Source: a virus
Length of the DNA stretch: 64,000 bases
Reading direction: 5' to 3' (one strand)
IMG/VR virus record: IMGVR_UViG_3300034108_000503
Coordinates: 1-64,000 of that record
Shown here piece after piece: positions 53,978-62,990 of the stretch. Positions within the stretch are counted from its first letter, which is position 1; every line of letters starts with the position of its first letter. Below the pieces are notes generated by a model. The model searched no databases. It saw nothing but the letters and a program-made list of their open reading frames with translations, and was not told the DNA's origin. Position numbers and translations under genes: made by a program.

Positions 53978-54534
53978 TCGGCTCCAGTGGCTGAGTTCTT
54001 CTTCCAGTCCCGCTTCGACACGATGGACTCCCAGGTCTCAATGATCGTGGCAGTCAGATCAACGCCAACCTTGTTCGCTACCCGGTAGACCAGCGCCATG
54101 AAGTCGGTGATCTGATACCGGACGGCATCCACGAAGACCGCATCCTCAATGCTCATCAGGTACGCAACCTGAAGGTGCTTTACCCCGCAGGTCAGCCGGA
54201 TCAGTTCCGTCTCGGTCGAGTGTTCGCTGACGTAGCTGTTCTCAGCACGCAGAAGGACATCCACGAACCGGACCCCTGCCTTCGTGCAGAAGTGCATAAG
54301 GTAGATGGACACGTCAGCCAGAGCATCGCGCATGTTCGCCTGATGTTCCTCCGGGGTGCCACGGATTCCCTGCTTCCGCTTCAGGAATGAGTGGGAGAAC
54401 TCACCGATCTCCTCAATCACTCCGAGGACCGGGTCGATCTGGTTCTCGGCAGTATTCGCGCCGAAGTTCTGGAAAGCCCACTCCTTGTGCTGGTCCTGGA
54501 CTTCGTTGATTTTCGCAATGGTTTCCGATGTCAT
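53974..54534 (-). CDS. MazG-like nucleotide pyrophosphohydrolase
   Basis: W...NFG, GVIEEIGEFSH..LK..QGIRG, DALADV.IY and W..V.KRDW. Confidence 0.8.
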   Translation of the reverse strand: MTSETIAKINEVQDQHKEWAFQNFGANTAENQIDPVLGVIEEIGEFSHSFLKRKQGIRGTPEEHQANMRDALADVSIYLMHFCTKAGVRFVDVLLRAENSYVSEHSTETELIRLTCGVKHLQVAYLMSIEDAVFVDAVRYQITDFMALVYRVANKVGVDLTATIIETWESIVSKRDWKKNSATGAE

Positions 54535-54539
54535 ATTCT

Positions 54540-54674
54540 TCAGTCTCTGATGTAACTGCTTTGCGCTTCGGCCCGCATGATTGCGGAACTGAGCTTCATT
54601 CCGAAGTAGAACACAATGGACATCAGTATCACAAGGATGCCAATCACGACTTTTTCAATAGGAGTCATTTTCAT
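54540..54674 (-). CDS. Small membrane protein, first gene of the leftward operon
   Basis: One TM segment; start at MKMTPI. Confidence 0.5.
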   Translation of the reverse strand: MKMTPIEKVVIGILVILMSIVFYFGMKLSSAIMRAEAQSSYIRD

Positions 54675-54765
54675 GAGGAGGCACCAGTCCGGCAGGATGA
54701 AGAAAAATGCAATGTACGGTTTTGCGTATTTGCGCTGAAAGTGGAATCGTTTACTTGTACGGCCT
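54675..54765. promoter_or_regulatory. Divergent promoter region with operator
   Basis: Strand switch; TACGGTTTTGCGTA at 54715-54728. Confidence 0.55.
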
Positions 54766-55149
54766 ATGCAAGATACACCAAAACCTGATCGTGAGTCCGT
54801 TCTGAAAGAAGCCGAGAAGGCACTTCTGGCAATCAATGATGCCGGATACCACGCTGCCATCGTCGTCGTGGACAATGACAAGAAGGCGGCATGCCTGATT
54901 GGCATGTCCGAGATGAGTGGCACCCGTGCCGATTACATCGGCAAATGCTTTGAGATTCTGATCCGCATGGGGGAAACCATCAACGACAAGATCCCCGATA
55001 CGATGGACGAGATCTTCCTGCAAGCCTGCGATGGTGACAAGGAGAAAGCCGCAGAAGCCCAGCAGATCTTCAAGGAGTGCATTGCCGAAACCCTCGCCGA
55101 GATGGCAATCGGCAATGTTGAGCAGACCGAGAACCAAACCAATAACTGA
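54766..55149 (+). CDS. Hypothetical protein
   Basis: First rightward gene, with typical codon usage. Confidence 0.65.
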   Translation: MQDTPKPDRESVLKEAEKALLAINDAGYHAAIVVVDNDKKAACLIGMSEMSGTRADYIGKCFEILIRMGETINDKIPDTMDEIFLQACDGDKEKAAEAQQIFKECIAETLAEMAIGNVEQTENQTNN

Positions 55150-55159
55150 TTTAGAACCA

Positions 55160-55660
55160 ATGAAAAAAGGAAGAAAGACAACTGAAGAGAAGCTCAAGAA
55201 AGGGCAGGATGCATGGATCCGCGAGAACCTCATCGAGGTTGGCGGGGTCATCTACAAGAAAGCATGCGTCATCGGAGGGAAATACCCATCCGTGCGTATC
55301 CCAGGAAAAACAGTCCGGGTTTCAAAACTCGTCTGGGCGATCCACAATGAAGGCAAGGTTCCCGATGCCCACGTCTGGCACAAGGACGGCGATGTCGAGA
55401 ACAACATCATCAGCAATCTGGACATCGGAACCAAGCCGATCAGCAGAAATCTGATGGTTGAATACAAGAAGCGGATCGCTGAAGGCAAGGACTACCCAGG
55501 GGTCACATGGCACAAGTCGCATGAAAAGTGGATGGCATGGTGGCGCGGACCAAACAAGACCACCATCTACATCGGTCACCACGCCACCGAGAGGGATGCA
55601 GCAGATGCCGTGAAGGAATACTGCGAGAAGAACTGCCCGCAGGACAACCCATACGCCTGA
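55160..55660 (+). CDS. HNH_3-like plus AP2-domain protein
   Basis: LVWAIH...VWHKDGD..NN..SNL; YPGVTWHK...KW.A...YIG...T..DAA. Confidence 0.75.
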   Translation: MKKGRKTTEEKLKKGQDAWIRENLIEVGGVIYKKACVIGGKYPSVRIPGKTVRVSKLVWAIHNEGKVPDAHVWHKDGDVENNIISNLDIGTKPISRNLMVEYKKRIAEGKDYPGVTWHKSHEKWMAWWRGPNKTTIYIGHHATERDAADAVKEYCEKNCPQDNPYA

Positions 55661-55673
55661 CCATCAACCCGCT

Positions 55674-56435
55674 ATGGCATACATCGAAACATCCATCCCT
55701 CCCATGAAGGTCTTCGTCCGGAGATCCTTCCTTAATGGGAACATTGACGACAAGTCCTACGAACAGGCAGTCCTGATCTCAGTCCGCTGCCTTGAAGGTT
55801 CCGCTGCCCTTTTCCAGATCCTCACGGAGACCGGGAGAATGCGGGACAAGCTGCCACTCTCGGCGTTCTGCTGGAAGATCCCTGACTCCGAGGATGTCTG
55901 GGAGAAGTATCCATTTCACAGTCTCCAGCTTTGGGACTGCTTCAGCCGGGACTTCTCAATCGTCCAGTTGTCCTACGTCTACAACTGCCGCACCACCATC
56001 CTCATGAAGGACAGGTCTCAACTTGAGGGGCAGTACCAGTGGACCATCCAGTGGGCCGGAAACACCAACCTCGGAGGCGCAGACATCACGCTGGCTGAAG
56101 ATGGATCTGAGCATAAGTGCCACCACTTCATCCGGCTGGACAACGGTCTGTTCGCTCTCCAGCCAAACAACCGGATCCTGAAGTGGAATGAGCCTTCCTT
56201 CTGCACCAAGCCCATCGGCAAGGATGAAGCCCCATGGGTGGTCAACGAAGCCGAGTATTGCTGCGAACAGCACGAAAAGTGGACGACCGAGGACTCAAGG
56301 TCGTACTTCTACGAACTCGCAAAGAAGATGGAAGAAGAAGGACCGCTTCCTGAGATCCCTGAGACTGTTTCGTTTGTTTCGTTTGAGCGTGACATCAGCA
56401 AACCAGAAGAGCTGAAAGAAGCGGCAGGCATCTGA
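55674..56435 (+). CDS. Conserved phage protein of unknown function
   Basis: MAYI...IPP, KLPLSAF, LQLWDCFS and EHK.HH.I.LDNG.FALQPNNR. Confidence 0.75.
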   Translation: MAYIETSIPPMKVFVRRSFLNGNIDDKSYEQAVLISVRCLEGSAALFQILTETGRMRDKLPLSAFCWKIPDSEDVWEKYPFHSLQLWDCFSRDFSIVQLSYVYNCRTTILMKDRSQLEGQYQWTIQWAGNTNLGGADITLAEDGSEHKCHHFIRLDNGLFALQPNNRILKWNEPSFCTKPIGKDEAPWVVNEAEYCCEQHEKWTTEDSRSYFYELAKKMEEEGPLPEIPETVSFVSFERDISKPEELKEAAGI

Positions 56436-56510
56436 ATGAATGATCAGGGTGAGATCGTGCCTCCTCCGTATCCCAAAGGGGAATTCTGACCACCACCAGA
56501 AACAACGCAG

Positions 56511-56550
56511 GGCCGCTCCTCGGGATCACCTCTCAGGGAGCGGTCTTTTC
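56511..56550 (+). terminator. Probable terminator
   Basis: GGCCGCTCCT...GGGAGCGGTC followed by TTTT. Confidence 0.5.
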
Positions 56551-56594
56551 ACGTTTGATAATCATCCGCCCCCGCAGTACAGCCATGCCCCACG

Positions 56595-56786
56595 ATGCCG
56601 AAGGGGTTCAAAGTATGTCCGCCAAACTGGAAAGAGGAAGCAGTCAAAGTCTGCATCTTCTGCGGCGAGAACTTCTGGCCCAGCACCCACAGCCACTACC
56701 TCTCCTGGATCAAACGCCAGCACTGCGACCAGAAATGCTCGAAACGCCACGAACAGGCAATCAAGACTGGTTCACGGAAACCTTGA
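56595..56786 (+). CDS. Small Zn-finger protein
   Basis: CIFCG..F ... HCDQKC. A TTGATA-N17-TACAGC promoter-like sequence lies at 56555. Confidence 0.55.
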   Translation: MPKGFKVCPPNWKEEAVKVCIFCGENFWPSTHSHYLSWIKRQHCDQKCSKRHEQAIKTGSRKP

Positions 56787-57128
56787 GATCAGGATCCACG
56801 CAGGCACAGGCTTCATCCTGAAGATACCTCCCGAGTCCGTACCAGCACCGAGGACATGCGTTGTGCGGACATGCCGCACTCCCTCTCCGGTTTCTGTCTT
56901 TCGTCTCAGTCTTCGGTTTCGTTGAGGTCTCTGGATCCATTCAAGCGACCTACGATTCCCGTTGACGATCCGCAAGCACTTCGCATTGTTCCGTCGATTG
57001 CATCTGAACAGTAACCGAAGCCGGGTTCATTCCGCGTGTTGCTGTGGAGGCAAACATAACGCTCGCCCTAGTGCCATACGGGGCGAAGCCAAAAGCAAGA
57101 CGGTGAGCAGTAATGATCACCCGAAGCG

Positions 57129-57170
57129 GAAACCCCCGGATGTCTTCATGACAGCGGGGGTTTCTTTTGT
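57129..57170 (+). terminator. Rho-independent terminator
   Basis: GAAACCCCCG..TGTC-ttcat-GACA..CGGGGGTTTC followed by TTTTGT. Confidence 0.75.
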
Positions 57171-57174
57171 TCTT

Positions 57175-57696
57175 GGATCTCTCGCTCTTCATTCTCTGAT
57201 TCCTACAGGGAGAGGCAAACTTCCGACAACGCGAGCGAGGATCGAAGGCACGATGATCCCTGCGAAGGGAATCATCATGCTCAGAGAGGAGACTTCCGCA
57301 TAACGGTCGCTCGGATCCTGAGTCACGCCGGAAACAAATCCGGACCAGGATTCTCGCCAGCAGGCACGCTCATCGGACTGGCTCAAGTGAATCCCGGCAT
57401 TGACCCCAGCATTGCTGCTGGCGCGTCTTACGTCACACTGATTCATCTGTCCATGTGACTGCCTGGAACCCCACCGATCACTCCCCAGTTCTCAGGCTGG
57501 GCTTTTCGGCTGTCAGCAGGAGGGTCTGCCGAACGTCCGGAATCTTTTCCCTTCGCCACTCGCTTAACGGTATCAGCGCAAAGAAAAACCCCGGCGGGTA
57601 AGAGGACCACCGGGGTTTTCGTTGAGACTTGCCTTTCGGCTAATCACGAAGAAATCTCTCAGCGTTGCCTCTTACACAACGTCGGTCGTACCGTTA
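57175..57696 (-). ncRNA. Candidate large structured RNA
   Basis: No credible ORF, many nested inverted repeats, and two hairpin loops with 8-nt complementarity. Strand is inferred from G-U pairs and is uncertain for the 3' part. Confidence 0.5.
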
Positions 57697-57777
57697 TGCA
57701 CAGGAGGCAGCGAGTCAAGAGTTTTCTGTCGCGCTCCTTCAATCGTCCAGCATCACATCGAATCAATGTATTCCTGA

Positions 57778-57825
57778 TACGCAAAAACGTATCGCTTGAC
57801 ACGGAAAGGCTCTCACCAGAACATC
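57778..57825 (+). promoter_or_regulatory. Operator plus sigma70-like promoter
   Basis: TACGCAAAAACGTA (57778-57791) lies immediately upstream of TTGACA (57796). Confidence 0.55.
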
Positions 57826-57849
57826 GCCGCAGATTCACAAAACAACATC

Positions 57850-58317
57850 ATGGATACCAGTCTCTTCATCGCAGGTGGCAACCCACTTGAATTCGTCACT
57901 TCCGGTCCAACCAAGCTGGCTCTTCCGCAGAGCGGAGGTCTTGAAGTGTACGAAATCGCATCAACCGCAACGACTGTCACCTCCGCTGATTTCGGCAAGA
58001 CGTATCTTCTGTCTGCCGCTGCTGGTTTTACCGTGACCCTTCCTGCTCCCACGTTTGGGGCGCGAGTTTCGTTCATTGTGCGGACAAGCCCGACATCCAA
58101 CGGTTACATCATTGCTGGCACGGCTTTCCGTGGAAGCGTCTCGACCGCTGACGTTGACGGTGCCGATGCCGCAGTCGCAAACAACAACAACCGTGCGACC
58201 CTCGTTGCGAACGCTGCGCTCGCCGGGGACAAGTTGATGTTTGAAAGCGATGGCTCCAGTTGGTTCGTCACCGGACAGTGTACTGCCCGTACTGGAATCA
58301 CTTTCGCGAGCGTGTAA
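57850..58317 (+). CDS. Virion structural / head decoration-like beta protein
   Basis: SADFGKTYLL.AAAG.TVTLPA...G...FIV and GD......DGSSWFV.G; has its own promoter and terminator. Confidence 0.65.
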   Translation: MDTSLFIAGGNPLEFVTSGPTKLALPQSGGLEVYEIASTATTVTSADFGKTYLLSAAAGFTVTLPAPTFGARVSFIVRTSPTSNGYIIAGTAFRGSVSTADVDGADAAVANNNNRATLVANAALAGDKLMFESDGSSWFVTGQCTARTGITFASV

Positions 58318-58342
58318 TCCCCTCCCGAACCACCACCCCAAG

Positions 58343-58376
58343 AAAGCCAGCGACCCTGAAAGTTGCTGGCTTTTTT
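58343..58376 (+). terminator. Rho-independent terminator
   Basis: AAAGCCAGCGAC-cctgaaa-GTTGCTGGCTTTTTT. Confidence 0.85.
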
Positions 58377-58402
58377 GTGCCTGTTGATATATACCCGGAA
58401 AG

Positions 58403-60253
58403 ATGGAAGAAATCATCATCACACGAATGCCTGGGGATTCACCGAATCCTCCGATTTTCGACTACGATGCGTGGGGGCAGGATAACGAAGGCAACATATA
58501 TCATGAGCTTTACGGCAGATGGTGGTCCCGTGAAGTCAATGCCACCAGAGACGACATCGAACTCTGGGCATTCAAGGAAGAACTCGGTCCGGAAGACGGA
58601 GGGCTTGGCAAGTACCAGCACCTGCGGGAATTCATCGACCTGACGTGGAACGCTGACGGCAAGACGATTGTCGAATGGAATCCATGGCTGGAGAAACTGC
58701 TGGAGGAAGCATGCTCCAATGAATTCCTCGCAGTCGGTGGGTGTTCGTCATCAGGCAAGTCCTGGGGTGGCGCACTCTACGGCATCGTGTCATTCCTCGC
58801 AGACCCGGAAGGCACGCTTGTGCTGGTGACATCCACATCAATCTCGGCAGCAAAGAAGCGGATCTGGAAAGGTGTCATTCAACTCTGGAATTCCCTCCCG
58901 GAGAAGTACAAGAAGCTGGGCCGGATCAAGCCGTCAGTGAACATGATTCACTACCAGCCACCGGATGGAACGGTCGCATCTGACGCATCCTCAATCAACC
59001 TAGTGGCAGCAGAGCAGAAGCAGGAAGCATCTGCCGTGGCGAAACTGGTTGGTCTCAAGAACAGTACGGTCATCCTGATTGCGGACGAATTGTGCGAACT
59101 CTCACCAGCCGTCATCGCAGCAACGGACAACCTGATCTCCAATCCTAGATTCCAGATGATTGCCATGAGCAATCCAAAGGATCCCGAGGATCCATTCGGA
59201 ATCATGTTCAAACCGAAGGCTGGCTGGAGTACCATCGACGAGACCTGCTACGAATGGGAGACTGACTACGGCAAGGCGATCAGGTTCGACGTTCTCCAGT
59301 CCCCGAACTACCTTGAGCAGGAGTGCATCTACAAGTACATGCTCACCTACGAGAAGATCGAGGCGAAGCGCAAGCAGCTTGGGGATAACTCCTCGGCGTT
59401 CTACCGATTCTACCGTGGATTCATTCCGCTTCAGGGATCCGAGAACAATCTCTACACCACGACGGACTTCAATGCCTACATGGCGGACGACGTTGAGTGG
59501 AAGAATCCGCCGAAGAAGGTCGTCGGAATCGACTTGTCGTTCACATCATCCGGTGACCGCACAATCCTTGCCGTCTGCCTCTTCGGTGAAAGCAAGGAAG
59601 GCAAGAAGTGCCTGAAGTTTGAAAGGTACTATTCCATCAAGGAGAATGCCCAGGACAAGGTAAACCCGAGAACTGAACAGATCGTCGATGAGGTGAAGCG
59701 CATCCTGGACCGGGAAGGCGTGACCTACGACAACGTCGCAATCGACAACTCCGGTGGCGGCATCTCGGCAGTGGACCGATTCACGCAGAAGCTCTCAAGG
59801 GATCTCCTGCGTGTGAACTTCGGCGGGAAGGCATCAGACAAACCAGTCTCGGCAAACGAGCGGATTCCGTCTTGGAAGAAGTACACCAACAGAGTCTCGG
59901 AACTCTGGGGGGTTGGCGTGGAATTCATGCGAGGCGGACAGTTCGCCGGATTCAACACATGCACGGAGCTTATCGGTGAGATGAAAGCCAGACGCTATGA
60001 GATCGTCAAAGGAGGCGACGGTGAGCGGATTATGGTTGAGCCGAAACCGAAGATGAAGGCAAGAACTGGAAGATCGCCTGACATCAGTGATGCCGTCATG
60101 CTCGCCATTGAATTGTGCAGAGCCAAGCACCACTGGGTATCAGAGGAGCGCGGAGAACACGTTCTGTCTAAATCAGATTACCTACAGAAAATAAGAAGGT
60201 TTGATATCAATACCCTTTCCGGTGGTGGTCATGACTGGCAACCATCCTTTTGA
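58403..60253 (+). CDS. terL: Terminase large subunit
   Basis: Walker A GCSSSGKS, Walker B VILIADE, motif C MSNP, RNase H-like VGIDLS..GD.T, AID..G.G and SPDISDA. Confidence 0.9.
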   Translation: MEEIIITRMPGDSPNPPIFDYDAWGQDNEGNIYHELYGRWWSREVNATRDDIELWAFKEELGPEDGGLGKYQHLREFIDLTWNADGKTIVEWNPWLEKLLEEACSNEFLAVGGCSSSGKSWGGALYGIVSFLADPEGTLVLVTSTSISAAKKRIWKGVIQLWNSLPEKYKKLGRIKPSVNMIHYQPPDGTVASDASSINLVAAEQKQEASAVAKLVGLKNSTVILIADELCELSPAVIAATDNLISNPRFQMIAMSNPKDPEDPFGIMFKPKAGWSTIDETCYEWETDYGKAIRFDVLQSPNYLEQECIYKYMLTYEKIEAKRKQLGDNSSAFYRFYRGFIPLQGSENNLYTTTDFNAYMADDVEWKNPPKKVVGIDLSFTSSGDRTILAVCLFGESKEGKKCLKFERYYSIKENAQDKVNPRTEQIVDEVKRILDREGVTYDNVAIDNSGGGISAVDRFTQKLSRDLLRVNFGGKASDKPVSANERIPSWKKYTNRVSELWGVGVEFMRGGQFAGFNTCTELIGEMKARRYEIVKGGDGERIMVEPKPKMKARTGRSPDISDAVMLAIELCRAKHHWVSEERGEHVLSKSDYLQKIRRFDINTLSGGGHDWQPSF

Positions 60254-60300
60254 ACAGGTCATTGACTTACATCAACACTGATGTTACGACCACAATCCAA

Positions 60301-62643
60301 ATGACCTCGTCCATCGCAGATCTGCTGCTCGAAAATATTGAGCCGGATGAAAAGTCCGCACCGGAACAACGCATCAAAGATGCATCAACCGGACGTGAAC
60401 TGTTCCGTTCCATGCTCAATGCAGACCGGGCATCTGCGGAGCAGCGAGTAAGGCAGCAGGCAATGCTGGACGGTCAACCACCTTGGGATCAGGCTGCACT
60501 CATTGCTTCAGGTCAGGGATCGCTCACAAACCTCAACTGGGGTGACGCTGAGAATATCGTAGAGTTTACAAAAGCAGGGATGATCGACCTGATCAACTCA
60601 GTGGAAAGACTGGTCAAGATTCCACTGCAATCTCAATTCTTTGAAGATCAGGAAACCCGCCGGGAGATGGAGGAAATCCTCTCAGATGAAGTCTCCAAAG
60701 CATTCCGCCGATGGGAAGGATTTGATTTCAACTACCTCAACCTGATCCATCACTGGCTCTGTTTCGGTGTCGGCATCACATACTGGGAAGATGCCATCGA
60801 CTGGAGGTGGAAGACATCCGGTCTCTCCGACTTCTGCATTCCACGCCAGACACTTGCCTCGGAGGAAAGGATCACGATTGCCGGGTGCAGGCGCAGGTAC
60901 GAACTACACGAACTCTACGCCAAGATCCGGGACGAGGAGAAGGCAACAAAGCTGGGATGGAACGTGCCTGCCGTGAAGCAGGCAATGATGCGTGCGGACA
61001 GTGTGTACGCTACAGGAAACGGATGGAGCGACACCCAATGGGAACGCCTCCAGGCTCAATTCAAGAACAACGATCTCGGAACCGGAGCATCCGGCAAAAC
61101 GCAGACCGTGGAGATCATTCACCTCTGGGTGCAGGAATTCGACGGCACTATCTCGATGTACCTCGTCTCCGACAATGCCCTGGTGGACGACGGAAAAGGA
61201 GACCCGTGGCTGTTTGAAAGGCGGCACGAATACAAGGAAGTCCGCTCCGCGTTCAACTTCTTTTGCTACGGCATCGGAACCAACGGAACCTACCACTCAA
61301 TCTCCGGGATTCTCCGCAAGATCTTCCCTCAGGTCCAGGTCTCCAACAGGCTCCGGTCGAAGATGGTGGACTCTGCCGCCATTTCCGCTGGCATCATGAT
61401 CCAGCCTTTGTCCGAGACGGCATACGACCGGATGCAGCTCACCACGCTCGGGCCGTATACGATGCTGCCATCCGCAGATGTTGCTACGTTTGTTCAGCAG
61501 CAGTCACCAAACATCGGAAACAACGTCACCCCGATCCTTGCCGACATGGAGCGGGCGATCAATCAGAGGGCTGGGCAATTCCAGGGAACCTCTCCGTTTG
61601 GTCAGCAGGCAGAGAAGACAAGGTTCCAAGTTCAGGCCGAAATCGAAAGCCTGAGCCGGGTTGGTGCATCGCAACTCAACCTGTTCTACCCGGCATGGGG
61701 ACGGCACCTCAAAGAAGCTGTCCGGCGAATCTGCCGCGAGAACTACTCCGATGCCGCACCGGGAGGAAGGGAAGCACAGGACTTCCGCAGACGCCTTGAG
61801 ATGCGTGGATTCCCACTGGAAGCACTGAAGTACATCGACTTCGACATGGTCACATGCGAGAAGGCAGTCGGCTCCGGTTCGTTCGCCCAGCGGACGGCAA
61901 TGCTACTGGAACTGACAGAGGTCTCTGGCGCATACGACGAAGTGGGTCGCCACAATCTTATGCGGGACAGAACCGCTGCTGCGCTCAAGTCATACGATCT
62001 GGCAGACCGATACATTCCGAGGATGCCGGGAGATGTCCGCCCGCCGATGGACAAGAAGATCGCAGAACTGGAGAACGCCTCCATGAAGGACGGCAACCAG
62101 ATCAACGTCGAGATGAACGAGAAGCACGTCGTTCACTTGGACGCACACCTGCCGTATATGGCGACGATCCTGCAAGCCGTCGAGCAGGGGCAGATGGATC
62201 TGATGCAGGCTCTGCCGATCACGCAGATCATCTACGAACACTGCAACATGCATCTGGAGCAGATCGCTCCGGACATCATGATCCAGGAACGTGTCGCATC
62301 GTACAGGCAGGCTTTGCAGCAGGCCGGGGAAATCATCTGGAATGGGCAGAAGAAGCTCATGAAGATGCAGCGTGATGGTGAACAGCAGGCAATGGAAGGC
62401 GCAGAAGGTCAGCCTCCGCAGCAGCAGGACACCGTTGATGACGACATGAGAAGGAAGCTCATTGAGTTCCAGACGAAACTCCAGATGCGCCAGGAGGAGT
62501 CGGCAGTGAAACGCCAGATCATGCTTGAAGACGCCGCAGCCAAGAGGCAGATTGAAATGGCGAAGGCGCAGCAGAATGCGGCTCTCACTGATGCCAAGAC
62601 CGCTGCCGGAATCCTCGCTCAAACACAGCAACGTCTTCAATGA
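60301..62643 (+). CDS. Portal protein
   Basis: ~780 aa immediately after terL. FG.G..YW, KT..QV.AE and a Q-rich coiled C-terminal barrel, as in P22/T7-like portals. Confidence 0.75.
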   Translation: MTSSIADLLLENIEPDEKSAPEQRIKDASTGRELFRSMLNADRASAEQRVRQQAMLDGQPPWDQAALIASGQGSLTNLNWGDAENIVEFTKAGMIDLINSVERLVKIPLQSQFFEDQETRREMEEILSDEVSKAFRRWEGFDFNYLNLIHHWLCFGVGITYWEDAIDWRWKTSGLSDFCIPRQTLASEERITIAGCRRRYELHELYAKIRDEEKATKLGWNVPAVKQAMMRADSVYATGNGWSDTQWERLQAQFKNNDLGTGASGKTQTVEIIHLWVQEFDGTISMYLVSDNALVDDGKGDPWLFERRHEYKEVRSAFNFFCYGIGTNGTYHSISGILRKIFPQVQVSNRLRSKMVDSAAISAGIMIQPLSETAYDRMQLTTLGPYTMLPSADVATFVQQQSPNIGNNVTPILADMERAINQRAGQFQGTSPFGQQAEKTRFQVQAEIESLSRVGASQLNLFYPAWGRHLKEAVRRICRENYSDAAPGGREAQDFRRRLEMRGFPLEALKYIDFDMVTCEKAVGSGSFAQRTAMLLELTEVSGAYDEVGRHNLMRDRTAAALKSYDLADRYIPRMPGDVRPPMDKKIAELENASMKDGNQINVEMNEKHVVHLDAHLPYMATILQAVEQGQMDLMQALPITQIIYEHCNMHLEQIAPDIMIQERVASYRQALQQAGEIIWNGQKKLMKMQRDGEQQAMEGAEGQPPQQQDTVDDDMRRKLIEFQTKLQMRQEESAVKRQIMLEDAAAKRQIEMAKAQQNAALTDAKTAAGILAQTQQRLQ

Positions 62644-62966
62644 ATATTCAAACCAGAATCAACAGAATCAAAGATGAGTTCAAAAGCAACGCCGCGCTCC
62701 GGTCCGAGTGGGAAACTGTCGTCCAGAGCGAATCGTATTCTAAAATATGTGAACTCGTATATCTTGAGGCTACAGTCAAAGCGGCACAATCATCTCAGAT
62801 TGCAGAACACGACGCCATGGCAGCAAGGAAACTTTTCAAACTCCAAGCCGTTCAGGAAACCCTGAAGAGCCTTTCCGAAGCACACTACCCGCAGGCGACC
62901 GTCAGTGAACTCCCGGATGGATGGGATCACTACAAGCCAGAGAACACTGACTCCACGGAGTCCTGA
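62640..62966 (+). CDS. Hypothetical protein between portal and scaffold
   Basis: ATGA overlap and conserved position. Confidence 0.65.
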   Translation: MNIQTRINRIKDEFKSNAALRSEWETVVQSESYSKICELVYLEATVKAAQSSQIAEHDAMAARKLFKLQAVQETLKSLSEAHYPQATVSELPDGWDHYKPENTDSTES

Positions 62967-62990
62967 TCATTTCCCAGAACCACAACCACC

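Noticed and set aside
57175-57696. Group I/II intron or hammerhead ribozyme
   Set aside because: It does not interrupt a gene, and no catalytic core consensus (P7, domain V, CUGAUGA/GAAA) was recognised.
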